Made by a program: the position numbers and the translations under genes. 63,280 bases of DNA from an uncultured Candidatus Saccharibacteria bacterium (GTDB taxonomy: Bacteria > Patescibacteriota > Minisyncoccia > Phycocordibacterales > CAYQYW01): NCBI GenBank assembly GCA_964421995.1, contig CAYQYW010000006.1, forward strand, positions 1-63,280, written 5' to 3'. The first letter of the stretch is position 1, and each line of letters begins with the position of its first letter. The notes below the pieces were generated by a model. That model made no database searches, was not told the origin of the DNA, and was given only the letters and a program-made list of their open reading frames with translations. Below are positions 20,553-30,884 of the stretch, piece after piece.

Positions 20553-20582
20553 AAAAAACCCATAGTTTTTCAACTATGGGTT
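20553..20582 (-). terminator. Intrinsic terminator after the giant surface-protein gene
   Basis: An 11-bp stem AACCCAUAGUU/AACUAUGGGUU with a 4-nt loop. On the minus strand it is followed by UUUUUUG. Confidence 0.75.
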
Positions 20583-20632
20583 TGATGTCTACTCTGAAGT
20601 TAATCAGAATAACGAACTAAGGATGACTAACG

Positions 20633-23600
20633 TTAGTTAGAAATTACCTCTGTTCCTAGGTTGTCAGTTTCAACACCTGGAACTTTATGTCCGTTAAACC
20701 AGTCAACATCTGCAAGTGCTGCTGACCCATCTGAGATAGGTGACCAAACGAAGTTATCGTTTGCATCTGCAAGAGCGTTAGCTGATGTTTCTCCAGTAGC
20801 TGTAGATAGTGCTGCTGAGTCACCGTTTAGGTTAACTTGAACAGTATCTCCAGTTGTACCTGCGCCTGTAACAGTAGCTTCCAACTTATATGTATAAGTT
20901 GCTCCTGCAGGAATTACTATGAAATCTGATCCATAAGTTCCTGAAGCAACTGTCATATCAAGTGCTCCGGCCACTGTTTCTACTGAGGTTACAACAGTCT
21001 TACCTGTTGTAGTTTCAGTAAGCTTGAACGAGTCTGCGTTAGCACTTGTTGTTGCAATGGTGAAGTTGAATCCTACAACTGCAATGTCGTCAGCTGAGTC
21101 AGCTGTAACAGTGAACCTGTACAATTCTCGTGTTCCATTTGCAAGTGTTGTGTTAACAATACCGTCAATCTTAGCAAGTGTTGGAAGAGATCTGAAGTAT
21201 CGAGCTCCAGTTGTAGTACCAGCTGATCCTAGAATGTTAGCTGATGTACCTGAATCCTTTCCAAGTGCTTTGTGGTTAGCTGCTGTAGTTGTTGTAGCAA
21301 CTTTAACAAGCTGACCTGATCCTCCTGCTAGGCTTGTTCCGATGTTCGCAAACTTAACCTTTACAGTCAAATCTCTATCATCGTCTACAGGAACAATGAA
21401 TGATCCTGTTCCGGCTGATGGAAGATCGAATGCTTCAGTGTTTGAAGTCACGAATGGGCTTACCTTTGTAAGAAGTAATGTTGATCCGCCCCATAGAGAT
21501 ACTTCTTGAATATCAGCTGAGTCTGTTGAACCAACTGTATCAAGAACAAGTGAGAGGTCAGTAACTGCTTGGGCTTCGTTAGTTCCTATGAACTTGAAGA
21601 TACCAATTGTTGCAGTACTTCCACCTACATACCACTTCTCTGTTGGGTCAGCTGCAGAAACTGTTGCTGTAAGTGTTCCACTTGCAACTACAGTAAGTGT
21701 TGCACCTGCTGTAGTAGCAAGTGTTTCTGTAACTGATGTTCCAGTTGTAAGTCCTGTAACTGTCCAGTCAGGTGAACCTGCTGAGAAGTCAAAGGCAACT
21801 GTTGGTGTTGAAGCAATAGATGCGTCGTTTAGATTAGCCTTAAGCTCAATAACCTTACTTGTTCCCTTAGGAACAGTAAGACCTGGTGAGTCAAGAGTAA
21901 TTGAAATGTTTGCATCTGTTCCATCAACGTTTCCTGATGGATTAAGAACGTTTGAACCTGTGTTCAAAACAGTTGTTCCATCAAACACTTGAATAGTATT
22001 GTAGTCATCAATGTCAGTACCTGCTCCAACGTCCCCACGGAATTGCATAGTTGTAATTCGTAGATCTTCTCCTGAAGCTGTTCCATCAAGTACGTATCGT
22101 CCAATTATAACTAAGTTACTATTGTTGATTACGTTCTTTGATACAAGTGATGATGCAGGAGTTACGGTAAGAGCTGCTGCTGAAACTGTTTGAGTCTTAG
22201 CAGTAACTGTTGCGTTTGGTGTTGCTGTCAAAGTCTGTCCGCTTGTAGCTCCTGTCAATGTTGAGACTGCGGTTGAAGGATTGAATGAGAATACAATCGT
22301 ATCATCAGCTTCCCAATCATTATCAAGTGTTGCCTTAACAATAAGAGTATGTACTCCAACTGAAAGTGTCACCGTATCAGTAAATGTTACTGTATCTCCT
22401 AGTGCATTTGGATCCTGTGGTCCTGCGATCACTGATCCATTTTGGTCTACAAGTGTAACATTTGTTAGGGCTTCATCGGATCCTGTTCCTGTTGTTGCAA
22501 CAGTAAGAGCTACCTGAGTGAAGCTAACTTCCTCTCCCTTAACGTCGAATCTGAATGATCCAAGTGAAACTGCTGTTGCTCCATCAGCAACGTTTCCTGC
22601 TGGTACATCATTAGTACTTGAAACTGTCAAAGATCCTGTTCCTACAGTAACCTTTGAAGCATCGTACCAAGGTGTTCCAGTTGTAAACTGTGATGAAGTA
22701 TCAGAAGCAGTAGCTGTTGCGTCTTCTACTGGTGTAATTCCGTAACCAAATGTCTCTCCTGTAACATACACATCAGTATCCTGATAGATGTCAAAGAGAA
22801 CAGTTCTGTCTGATCCACTTACGACATCTCCCTTAATTGAGATTTCCTTTGTAAGTCCTTCTTTAATAAGAATTCCTCCTGAAAAGTTAGCTGAGAAATA
22901 CTTTCCATCTGTTGAAGCAACAGATGGGTACGTTACTCCGTCAACTATAATCACAATGTTTTCTAGATCTTCAGCTGTAGCTGATCCTGACTGATTAAAT
23001 CGAACTGAATGAAGTCGAATATCTTCAGCTGATCCTGCTGTAAGCTTTATAGCTGCGAATGTGTGGTTAGTTGTTCCAACTTCTTTTGTTGAAGAAGTGT
23101 TTGGATCAAGTGCTCCACGTGCTGCTGTTATAGATCCGATTGCTAGCGTAGCGTTAATTGTGTGGTGTGCTCCAACAATTGGAAGTGAGCCAGTCACCGT
23201 TGCTGAAGTATTAATTCCAATAACTGCAAGAGCCATAACTTCCCCTGCTCGAGCATCGTTGGTTGCAGGCATGTTTCCAGCAATTACAAACGTCATGCTT
23301 GTTCCTGCTGGGATTGTTACTTTAGCTCCAACTCGTGCTTGGTTATTTGAGTTAAGTGTCTTTGCAAGACCATACTGTGTTCCAGAGTCATCAATAAGGA
23401 TGATTCCTGAAATAGCAGTGTTAGCTGAAAGACCTCGTCGCTCAACAGTAACTGAGTCCATTACTACGTCTCCGTCAGTTCCTGCTGTTACAACAAACTT
23501 CGTGAATGGAAGTCGTGATGCGTTCTCTACAGCAAGTGTAGCTAGAGGTTGTGTAGTTCCTGAAACTGAAAGGCCTGTCCCTACTACTGGAGTAGTGGGT

Positions 23601-24163
23601 GTTCCTGGAGTAACAACTGGTGCTGAAGTACAAAGTGAATTTGCCTTAGCTCGTGTTGATGCTCCGAAGTATCCTGTTCCAGCTGTAAGTCCAACTGGTG
23701 TAAGAACCTCTGCAGTATACTTGTCTTGGAACTTAGTAACCGCTGCAGCGGTTAGTGCTCCGAAGTAATTTGTCTCGTTTCCAGCTGATCCTACTCCTGA
23801 TGAAGCAACTGTTGTTGCTGCGTCAGCATTAAGGAATTTCTGAAGAGCAAGAACGTCAGCTCCAGTTGAACCTGTCGTTAGGCTCTGTGTCCATGTATAT
23901 GGACAAACTGAACTCGCTGAACCTCCTGCTGCTGGTGTTCCAGCTCCTGGTGCCGCTACTCCTCTCAATGATGCGTTAACATTATCGATTGTAGTCTGAT
24001 CAGCTCCAAAAGATGAAAGCAGACCAAGGATAGAAGTTATCTGATCCTCAGTAAGTGCATTTGCATTTGGTGTTCCAAAAGCGAATGTAAGCGCCATGAT
24101 CATTGCTACAACAATTAGTGTTGTTACAACTTTCGCTGACACCGATTTAATAATTATATTCAT
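20633..24163 (-). CDS. Giant secreted cell-surface protein: signal peptide, PG_binding_1-like domain and six divergent beta-rich repeats
   Basis: 1176 aa. The N-terminal hydrophobic signal ends in AFGTPNANA. A peptidoglycan-binding-type module follows (GSTGADVLALQKFLN...NYFGALTAAAVTKFQDKY). The remainder is rich in T/G/A/V/S, with a signature strand recurring about every 150-170 aa. Confidence 0.85.
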   Translation of the reverse strand: MNIIIKSVSAKVVTTLIVVAMIMALTFAFGTPNANALTEDQITSILGLLSSFGADQTTIDNVNASLRGVAAPGAGTPAAGGSASSVCPYTWTQSLTTGSTGADVLALQKFLNADAATTVASSGVGSAGNETNYFGALTAAAVTKFQDKYTAEVLTPVGLTAGTGYFGASTRAKANSLCTSAPVVTPGTPTTPVVGTGLSVSGTTQPLATLAVENASRLPFTKFVVTAGTDGDVVMDSVTVERRGLSANTAISGIILIDDSGTQYGLAKTLNSNNQARVGAKVTIPAGTSMTFVIAGNMPATNDARAGEVMALAVIGINTSATVTGSLPIVGAHHTINATLAIGSITAARGALDPNTSSTKEVGTTNHTFAAIKLTAGSAEDIRLHSVRFNQSGSATAEDLENIVIIVDGVTYPSVASTDGKYFSANFSGGILIKEGLTKEISIKGDVVSGSDRTVLFDIYQDTDVYVTGETFGYGITPVEDATATASDTSSQFTTGTPWYDASKVTVGTGSLTVSSTNDVPAGNVADGATAVSLGSFRFDVKGEEVSFTQVALTVATTGTGSDEALTNVTLVDQNGSVIAGPQDPNALGDTVTFTDTVTLSVGVHTLIVKATLDNDWEADDTIVFSFNPSTAVSTLTGATSGQTLTATPNATVTAKTQTVSAAALTVTPASSLVSKNVINNSNLVIIGRYVLDGTASGEDLRITTMQFRGDVGAGTDIDDYNTIQVFDGTTVLNTGSNVLNPSGNVDGTDANISITLDSPGLTVPKGTSKVIELKANLNDASIASTPTVAFDFSAGSPDWTVTGLTTGTSVTETLATTAGATLTVVASGTLTATVSAADPTEKWYVGGSTATIGIFKFIGTNEAQAVTDLSLVLDTVGSTDSADIQEVSLWGGSTLLLTKVSPFVTSNTEAFDLPSAGTGSFIVPVDDDRDLTVKVKFANIGTSLAGGSGQLVKVATTTTAANHKALGKDSGTSANILGSAGTTTGARYFRSLPTLAKIDGIVNTTLANGTRELYRFTVTADSADDIAVVGFNFTIATTSANADSFKLTETTTGKTVVTSVETVAGALDMTVASGTYGSDFIVIPAGATYTYKLEATVTGAGTTGDTVQVNLNGDSAALSTATGETSANALADANDNFVWSPISDGSAALADVDWFNGHKVPGVETDNLGTEVISN

Positions 24164-24705
24164 TTTTATTTTATGTTTGATTTCGATGCAAAGACAAATA
24201 ATTTATAACCTTGTTAATAATGGCGTCTTTGTAACGAAGTGATAATAGGTAAAAGAAATTTATTTCCTTTACAACATGTGTGCTTTCCTGCTGGTCATCG
24301 ACTACCCTCAAAAAACACGTACCAACATTTCAATTTTATACACTCCCTTTGCTATCGACTCAGGGGACCTATAAAAAAGCTGGTAATAATATTTAGTCTG
24401 ATTTTCTTCTCGTAATTGCGACCATACCAATAAGAATATTGGCGAGCGGGACAAGATAATTCTGAAGTAACTTTTCTCTGGGATATGTAATTATCAACGT
24501 ACTGTCCGTAACATTTATTCAGCCAAAATTTCGTATCCGTATATACAGAAATGTAGAATAATTATATACGGGAAAAACTGTCTACAAAATGTTTCTTTGT
24601 GGATAAGTAAGCAAAAAATATCCCTTATTACAGAGATATTTCCCTTCTTATCAACTTCAATAGAATCTCATATCTAGAGTAAAAAGTCAACGGATTGTAC
24701 GTACC

Positions 24706-25425
24706 CTATTTTGCAAGAAAATAGACACTCCATCGTCGCTCACCTTCCTTTTTAAGGACACCATCTTCCACTAAACTGAGCAGTTCTCGCTGAAGTGTCT
24801 TTTCACTACAATTGGTAATTTCTGTTGCAATATCCTTTACCGTAATTTTGTCCTTTGTATCAAAAAGACCGATAATTATCTCCCTTCTTTCAGAGTGTTT
24901 TATACCATTTGATCTTTTAATCACCGGAGAAATTTGTCCTTTTGACTGTCCTTGAGAAAAAGATCGTGCAGACTTTCTTTTTGCGGGAAGTGGAACATGG
25001 AGTAGCTCACTGGACACACCAACACTCGCTCCACCAACAAATGTGTCTCTATGAGTGTCGATAAAAATTCCTAAATCGATGTATTCAGATTCGAGGAGTG
25101 TGTGATTTGCTTCTGATATAAAACCTGATCGATAGGATACACCGAGAAGTGAAACGGTTCTCACAATATTTGATTTTATACGATCAGTCGTACTTTTATC
25201 AGACTGTGTCCCAAGTAAAATAATATCAGACAAAACAGAAAGCCCGCTGTTTCGTAAAAGACGACATACAGGCTCTTCTTTATCAATAACGTCCGTTATT
25301 AAGTGAAGTGCAGTGGTAAGTTTTTCTGTCTTTTTACAAACATAAGAAAAGGACAAATTTTCATCAAAGAGAGTATTAACTAGTTGGTTTGTTTTTATCT
25401 CCGTATTATTATCTGTCCTTTTCAT
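24706..25425 (-). CDS. Hypothetical protein with a C-terminal DeoR/HTH_11-like winged helix
   Basis: 239 aa. The C-terminus ITVKDIATEITNCSEKTLQRELLSLVEDGVLKKEGERRWSVY is a typical wHTH. The N-terminal helical domain is of unknown function. Confidence 0.45.
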   Translation of the reverse strand: MKRTDNNTEIKTNQLVNTLFDENLSFSYVCKKTEKLTTALHLITDVIDKEEPVCRLLRNSGLSVLSDIILLGTQSDKSTTDRIKSNIVRTVSLLGVSYRSGFISEANHTLLESEYIDLGIFIDTHRDTFVGGASVGVSSELLHVPLPAKRKSARSFSQGQSKGQISPVIKRSNGIKHSERREIIIGLFDTKDKITVKDIATEITNCSEKTLQRELLSLVEDGVLKKEGERRWSVYFLAK

Positions 25426-25594
25426 GTCTTTGTCTTTTATCTATTCTGTCCTTTATTTATATGTCCTTGTGACCTTTAATAAAAGTCATTAACTGTGTCC
25501 ATTATATCTTTATTAGGACGTTTTGCAACTTATGAGACCTGGTAGTAGTGCACTACTTTTTAGAATCATTCCTATGGTATGATAGTAGAGTTAT

Positions 25595-27724
25595 ATGGCG
25601 AAGAGAAAGAAAAAGAAAGCAACGAGGCAAGTCGAAAAACCAAGTTTATTTGAAGAATTACGAGAAGAAACAATACGTGGCGTCGTTGCTGTATTATTCT
25701 TCATACTTGCAATATTCTTCACCTTGGCGGGTCTTGATTTGGCCGGTGTTGCTGGTGGCTTAGCATACATGACACTCTCTTTTATCTTTGGTATTGGATA
25801 CATACTCGTCCCTATTTTATTCCTCGTACTTGCAGTAACATTCTCTAAAATATTTCAAAATCACATCGGTACTTCTAAGATTATGAGTACGGTCATATTC
25901 TTCCTATCAAGCCTTGGACTCATTGAAGTACTCCTTCCAGATAAGGGTGGTGTGCTTGGCGGAATCATTTCTTCTACTCTTATTGTTGTGGTAGACTTTT
26001 GGATTACCCTAATAATCCTCCTCGGTCTCATCATCGTTTCTCTCCTGGTACTGTTTGACACACACTTAAATTTTGACATCGGAAATATCTTTAAGCGAAA
26101 AGAACTTGAAGAAGGGGATAAAGATGAATACGAGGAAGTGGAAGACATTTTTGATGAGGAAGAATTAGAAGAAGAGGAGGCACCAGAAGAGAAACAATCG
26201 AAACTGGCAAAAATACTGAGCTTCAAAGATCAGATCGATGCAGAAGAAGATATTTCTTTCGAACAAGCGTTTGGTGCGTACACTCCCCCACCTATTTCTA
26301 TACTAGAAAAAGATAAAGGTAAGCCAGGTGTAGGAGACACAAAAGCAAATGCAAACATCATTAAGCGAACGCTTCAAAACTTTGGAATCCAAGTTGAAAT
26401 GGATGAAATATCTGTTGGACCAACCGTAACCAGATACGCACTGAAACCAGCAGAGGGAGTGAGAATTTCTAAAATTGTTGGACTACAGAATAACCTTGAA
26501 CTAGCACTCGCCGCTCACCCCGTTCGTATTGAGGCTCCGATTCCTGGAAAGTCACTTGTTGGAATTGAAGTTCCGAACACAGCAAAGACAACACTTGGGC
26601 TTGCAAGTCTCATTGGTTCAGTTGAATTCAAAAAGAGTCTTAGACCATTGAATGTTGCACTCGGAAGAGACATTACGGGAGTTGCTCATTTTGCAAACAT
26701 TGCAAAGATGCCTCATGTGCTGATCGCTGGAGCTACTGGGTCTGGTAAATCAGTAACCATTCACGCACTCATTACTTCCCTACTCTACAAAAATGGACCT
26801 GAAAATATGCGCTTTATAATGATCGATCCGAAACGGGTTGAGCTAACACTGTACAACAAGATCCCTCACTTGATTACTCCGGTGATTACTGACGCAAAGA
26901 AAGCCATTCTTGCGCTCAAGTGGGCAGCTCGTGAGATGGATAGGAGGTATGATATTCTTGAAAGTGAATCAGTAAGGGATATATTCTCATACCGTGAAAA
27001 CGTTTTCAAACCAGCAGAAGAACGTGATGATGAAGACAAGCCAGAGCGAATGCCCTACATTGTAGTGGTTATGGATGAGCTTGCTGATATCATGCAGGCA
27101 TATCCACGAGAACTTGAATCTGCAATCGTTCGCCTTGCTCAAATGAGCCGTGCTGTTGGAATACATTTAGTACTCTCAACACAACGACCGTCAGTGAACG
27201 TGCTTACCGGTCTCATTAAGGCAAACATTCCTACACGTATCGCACTTCAGGTAGCGTCCCAGATTGACTCACGTACTATTCTAGACACTGGAGGAGCTGA
27301 AAAACTCCTTGGAGCAGGAGATATGCTTTACCTCTCAGGAGAAATGTCTAAGCCACGAAGAATCCAGGCTCCGTATATTTCAGAAGGTGAAGTGAAAAAA
27401 ATTGTCGACTTTATTTCGAAGAATAATGATTACGGAATCGAGACCGAAATAGACCTCAGTGGAAAAGAAAATGATAATTCAATCTTCTCTGCAACCATTA
27501 ATGATGAAGACGGTGATGAGCTCTACGAAGAAGCTAAAGAAACCGTGATTGAAGCAGGAAAAGCTTCTACCTCATACCTTCAACGAAAACTTCGCATTGG
27601 ATATTCTCGCGCAGCACGACTAATGGACCTCCTTGAAGATCGATCCGTTATCGGACCCGCTGACGGATCAAAACCACGAGAGATACTAGAAAATGATTCT
27701 GAGGAAGAAGAGAAATATGAGTAG
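25595..27724 (+). CDS. ftsK: DNA translocase FtsK/SpoIIIE
   Basis: 709 aa. N-terminal TM helices, acidic linker, motor domain with Walker A GATGSGKS and Walker B VVVMDELAD, and a C-terminal gamma wHTH (YLQRKLRIGYSRAARLMDLLE). Confidence 0.9.
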   Translation: MAKRKKKKATRQVEKPSLFEELREETIRGVVAVLFFILAIFFTLAGLDLAGVAGGLAYMTLSFIFGIGYILVPILFLVLAVTFSKIFQNHIGTSKIMSTVIFFLSSLGLIEVLLPDKGGVLGGIISSTLIVVVDFWITLIILLGLIIVSLLVLFDTHLNFDIGNIFKRKELEEGDKDEYEEVEDIFDEEELEEEEAPEEKQSKLAKILSFKDQIDAEEDISFEQAFGAYTPPPISILEKDKGKPGVGDTKANANIIKRTLQNFGIQVEMDEISVGPTVTRYALKPAEGVRISKIVGLQNNLELALAAHPVRIEAPIPGKSLVGIEVPNTAKTTLGLASLIGSVEFKKSLRPLNVALGRDITGVAHFANIAKMPHVLIAGATGSGKSVTIHALITSLLYKNGPENMRFIMIDPKRVELTLYNKIPHLITPVITDAKKAILALKWAAREMDRRYDILESESVRDIFSYRENVFKPAEERDDEDKPERMPYIVVVMDELADIMQAYPRELESAIVRLAQMSRAVGIHLVLSTQRPSVNVLTGLIKANIPTRIALQVASQIDSRTILDTGGAEKLLGAGDMLYLSGEMSKPRRIQAPYISEGEVKKIVDFISKNNDYGIETEIDLSGKENDNSIFSATINDEDGDELYEEAKETVIEAGKASTSYLQRKLRIGYSRAARLMDLLEDRSVIGPADGSKPREILENDSEEEEKYE

Positions 27725-28061
27725 ACGATATGTTTCCCCATTTCTCCTTATCACACTACTAGTTATTGTACTCTTTGGAGGTTACGTATACTTTCAATCA
27801 TACAACCTTATTGAAGGTCCTATTGTTGACGTTAGCGCGCCTTCAAACGGCAAGTCTGTTACCAAACCCCTCGTAGAAATAGAAGGGGTAGCAAAAAATA
27901 TCTCATATATTACCCTCAACGATCGACAGATTTTCACCGACGAAGAAGGTGTTTTCAAAGAGAAATTACTGCTATTATATGGATATAATTTGATAACGAT
28001 CAGTGCCAAAGATCGGTTTGGTAGAAACACAAAGGAAGTTTTAGAAATAATATATCAGTAG
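27717..28061 (+). CDS. Membrane-anchored hypothetical protein
   Basis: About 114 aa from the ATG at 27717, which overlaps the ftsK stop by 8 nt. One TM helix plus a small beta domain. The track ORF starts at 27693. Confidence 0.45.
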   Translation: MSRRYVSPFLLITLLVIVLFGGYVYFQSYNLIEGPIVDVSAPSNGKSVTKPLVEIEGVAKNISYITLNDRQIFTDEEGVFKEKLLLLYGYNLITISAKDRFGRNTKEVLEIIYQ

Positions 28062-28063
28062 CC

Positions 28064-29059
28064 ATGCCTAAAAAAGCAGCACCAAAAACAACAGGGGGAA
28101 GTATTGACGACGCATTAGCACAAATTAAAACAAAGTTTGGAGATGAAGCAATCATGAAACTTGGTGATAAACCAAGAGTTGATATTGATTCCATTTCAAC
28201 TGGATCAATTGGATTAGACGCAGCGCTTGGTATTGGTGGTATTCCACGAGGAAGAATTATTGAAATATTTGGACCAGAGTCATCTGGTAAGACCACCCTT
28301 GCGCTACACATCGTTGCAGAGGCACAAAAGAAAGGTGGTATCTGTGCATTTATCGACGCAGAGCATGCACTAGACCCAGAGTATGCAAAAAAACTTGGTG
28401 TAAAGACAGACGATCTTTTGGTATCTCAACCAGACACCGGTGAACAATCTCTAGAGATTACTGAATCCCTCGTGCGTTCAAGTAAACTTGATGTGATTGT
28501 AATCGACTCAGTTGCAGCACTTACTCCAAAAGATGAGATCGAAGGAGACATGGGAGCTCACCACGTAGGAAAACAAGCTCGCCTCATGAGTCAGGCGCTT
28601 CGAAAACTAACAGGTATTACCGCTAAATCAAAAACCGTAGTTATCTTCATTAACCAAATACGAATGCAGATTGGTGTTATGTTTGGTAATCCAGAAACAA
28701 CCCCTGGAGGAAAGGCCCTTAAATTCTACACCTCAGTACGATTAGACATCCGGCGTATTGCTCAAATTAAAAAAGGAGACGAAGTGGTTGGAGGAAGAGT
28801 ACGAGTAAAAGTTGTAAAAAATAAAGTTGCCGCGCCATTCAAGAATACTGAGTTTGATTTGATGTACAACGAAGGTATTTCAAAAGAAGGAGAAATCATC
28901 GCACTTGGTGAAAAGTTTGGTATTGTATCAAAATCTGGCGCCTCGTACAGTTTCGGGGATCAAAAGCTCGCACGAGGATACGATGCAACACGAACCTTCT
29001 TGAAGGAGAACAAAAAGATTGCAAATCAAATCCTAAAAGAAATCAGAAAAAATCTCTAA
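28064..29059 (+). CDS. recA: Recombinase RecA
   Basis: 331 aa. Walker [10 protein letters not shown], plus the IDAEHALDP and VIDSVAAL blocks. Confidence 0.95.
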   Translation: MPKKAAPKTTGGSIDDALAQIKTKFGDEAIMKLGDKPRVDIDSISTGSIGLDAALGIGGIPRGRIIEIFGPESSGKTTLALHIVAEAQKKGGICAFIDAEHALDPEYAKKLGVKTDDLLVSQPDTGEQSLEITESLVRSSKLDVIVIDSVAALTPKDEIEGDMGAHHVGKQARLMSQALRKLTGITAKSKTVVIFINQIRMQIGVMFGNPETTPGGKALKFYTSVRLDIRRIAQIKKGDEVVGGRVRVKVVKNKVAAPFKNTEFDLMYNEGISKEGEIIALGEKFGIVSKSGASYSFGDQKLARGYDATRTFLKENKKIANQILKEIRKNL

Positions 29060-29370
29060 ACAAAGCGGACCCTTGGAACAACAAGATCTTTGAGGAGCCA
29101 TATAGCAAACACTACCCCGCCAACAAGTAACGTCTGCACGATAATTTCTGTGTTGGTGAATGCGGATATATAAAAAGAATACAAGGTAGATGGATTATTA
29201 ATTGCTACGGTGTTTTTAATTACATTTGGTATTGAAATGCTGGTTGCTATGCTAATTGATATAACCGTCAGTGTATACAGCTTTACCATGAAGGGGTTAA
29301 TCGCCCGTTTTAGATAGCATGTCCAGCACACTTTCCTCATTATTCTTTTTTGTAACTCAATGTTATCCAT
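29056..29370 (-). CDS. Small membrane protein, candidate anti-sigma factor
   Basis: 104 aa and 2-3 TM helices. It lies directly downstream of, and is co-oriented with, the ECF-type sigma gene (6-nt gap). Confidence 0.35.
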   Translation of the reverse strand: MDNIELQKRIMRKVCWTCYLKRAINPFMVKLYTLTVISISIATSISIPNVIKNTVAINNPSTLYSFYISAFTNTEIIVQTLLVGGVVFAIWLLKDLVVPRVRFV

Positions 29371-29376
29371 AGTATA

Positions 29377-29970
29377 TTAATTATTGGTAATTGATAATTT
29401 TTTTAATTCTTCACGAAATGCTTTTTTAGCCCGATGAATTCTTGTTTTAATTGCCCCAACAGAAACACCTTCTTCTTCAGCGATTTCCTTTTGAGACCTC
29501 CCGTCAATAAATTGCCTCCGTAATGCCTTATGCAATGAATCAGGGATTCGTACGAGCGTGGATATAACATAATCATATATTTCCATGTTTTCATACTCAT
29601 TGCTGATTTTGTCTGGCAGCATTTCATAGAATTCTGGATCTAAGTCTGCAACACGTGTCCGGTGTTTTTTGAGCTTCTGGTATCTGGTGAGCGACGTATT
29701 GATCAGAATCTTGTAGGCCCATGATTTAAAGGAAGCACCCTCTTGATAGGTAAACCTATCTCCGTAACGATAGATCTTAGTAAACGCTTCCTGTACCACT
29801 TCCTCTGCTTCTTCCTTGTTTCGAAGAATACTCATCACCTTTCTCATAAACGCATCTTGATATCGATCAAGTAGTACGCTGAAACAATGTGGATCATTCA
29901 TTGAGGTCAAAAGAATCTCTTCGTCAGATCTCATCTCACATTCCGTTTTTGTGATCTCATCCAAATACAT
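29377..29970 (-). CDS. RNA polymerase sigma factor, sigma-70 family (ECF-like, regions 2 and 4)
   Basis: 197 aa. Region 2 reads EEAEEVVQEAFTKIYRY...SWAYKILIN. The region 4 HTH reads SQKEIAEEEGVSVGAIKTRIHRAKKAF. Confidence 0.8.
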   Translation of the reverse strand: MYLDEITKTECEMRSDEEILLTSMNDPHCFSVLLDRYQDAFMRKVMSILRNKEEAEEVVQEAFTKIYRYGDRFTYQEGASFKSWAYKILINTSLTRYQKLKKHRTRVADLDPEFYEMLPDKISNEYENMEIYDYVISTLVRIPDSLHKALRRQFIDGRSQKEIAEEEGVSVGAIKTRIHRAKKAFREELKKLSITNN

Positions 29971-30050
29971 ATTTTCAATATACCCCTCCTCTGTATTATT
30001 GCAACCACAGAAACGGTAAAAAGGTTACCTACTATGCTACAATCGTCAGT

Positions 30051-30620
30051 ATGTTAAATTATAACGATATTACCGTACGAAAATACATCATATTGGATAA
30101 TGAACCATATGAAGTAATTTCTTCTAGAACGACCAAAAAAAGTCGCCAGAAAGCCTCAAATCAAGCGAAACTGAAGAGTTTGATAACCGGCAAGGTGGTT
30201 GAAAAAGCCTTTCATCAATCAGATTCTGTAGAAGAAGCAGAGATTGATAGAAAGAAGGTTATATACCTCTATACCAACAAAGATGAGGTGTGGTTCCATC
30301 CTGAAGGAGTTCCAAAAGATAGATTTACCCTAGATGAAGATTCCCTAGGAGACGTATTAAAATTCTTGAAAGAAAATACTACAGTAGATGCACTAACCTT
30401 TGGTGGTAAAGTGATTGGCATCACCCTTCCAACCAAAATGGATTTTGTCGTTAAAGAAGCTCCACCAAGTATTCGAGGAAATACTTCCCAAGGAGGAAAC
30501 AAACCAGTGGTGCTTGAGACAAGCGCCATCGTAGTTACTCCCCTTTTTATTAATGAAGGAGATGTGATTAAGATAAATACTGAAACCGGTGAGTATGTGG
30601 AGAGGGTTACAAAGAAATAA
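30051..30620 (+). CDS. efp: Translation elongation factor P
   Basis: 189 aa with the three-domain EF-P pattern (ILDNEPYEVISS...KSRQKASNQAKLKSLITGK...). Confidence 0.85.
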   Translation: MLNYNDITVRKYIILDNEPYEVISSRTTKKSRQKASNQAKLKSLITGKVVEKAFHQSDSVEEAEIDRKKVIYLYTNKDEVWFHPEGVPKDRFTLDEDSLGDVLKFLKENTTVDALTFGGKVIGITLPTKMDFVVKEAPPSIRGNTSQGGNKPVVLETSAIVVTPLFINEGDVIKINTETGEYVERVTKK

Positions 30621-30624
30621 TCAC

Positions 30625-30816
30625 TTAGCGATTATTGTACTCAGCTCGAGAGGCATGTCTTTTTGTATGGCCTACAGGCTTTCCGTTCCTATAGACCCTA
30701 TGCCACCGAAGTATATCACCATTTGATATATGGATAAATTTATCTGTAGGTTTAAGACTCAAACCTCCACCAAACATACGTGTAGTAGCTTCCCCTTCTA
30801 AACTTGAATTTCTCAT
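30625..30816 (-). CDS. Small basic hypothetical protein (uncertain)
   Basis: A 63-aa ORF that fills an otherwise 264-nt gap. It starts about 12 nt after the rpsR terminator U-tract. I recognise no motif. Confidence 0.25.
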   Translation of the reverse strand: MRNSSLEGEATTRMFGGGLSLKPTDKFIHISNGDILRWHRVYRNGKPVGHTKRHASRAEYNNR

Positions 30817-30826
30817 ATTTCTATAT

Positions 30827-30865
30827 AAAAAAAAATACTAATAGCTATATATTAGTACTTTTTTT
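30827..30865 (-). terminator. Bidirectional intrinsic terminator after rpsF-ssb-rpsR
   Basis: TACTAATA-gctata-TATTAGTA hairpin flanked by A9 and T7 runs. Confidence 0.6.
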
Positions 30866-30884
30866 CTATTTGTCAAGTTATATA

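Noticed and set aside
21024-23768. Long plus-strand ORFs (up to 235 aa) antisense to the giant surface-protein gene.
   Set aside because: These are shadow frames created by the strong T/G/A/V/S codon bias of the real minus-strand gene. They have low-complexity P/S/T/V-rich translations and no start context.
24164-24705. I looked here, and in the other gaps over 150 nt, for SRP RNA, tmRNA, RNase P RNA, 6S RNA or riboswitch cores.
   Set aside because: None of the diagnostic conserved motifs I know (the SRP GGAAGCAGCC block, the tmRNA 3' tRNA-like end, the RNase P GGAAAGUCCGG block) is present. This cannot be excluded without a covariance-model scan.
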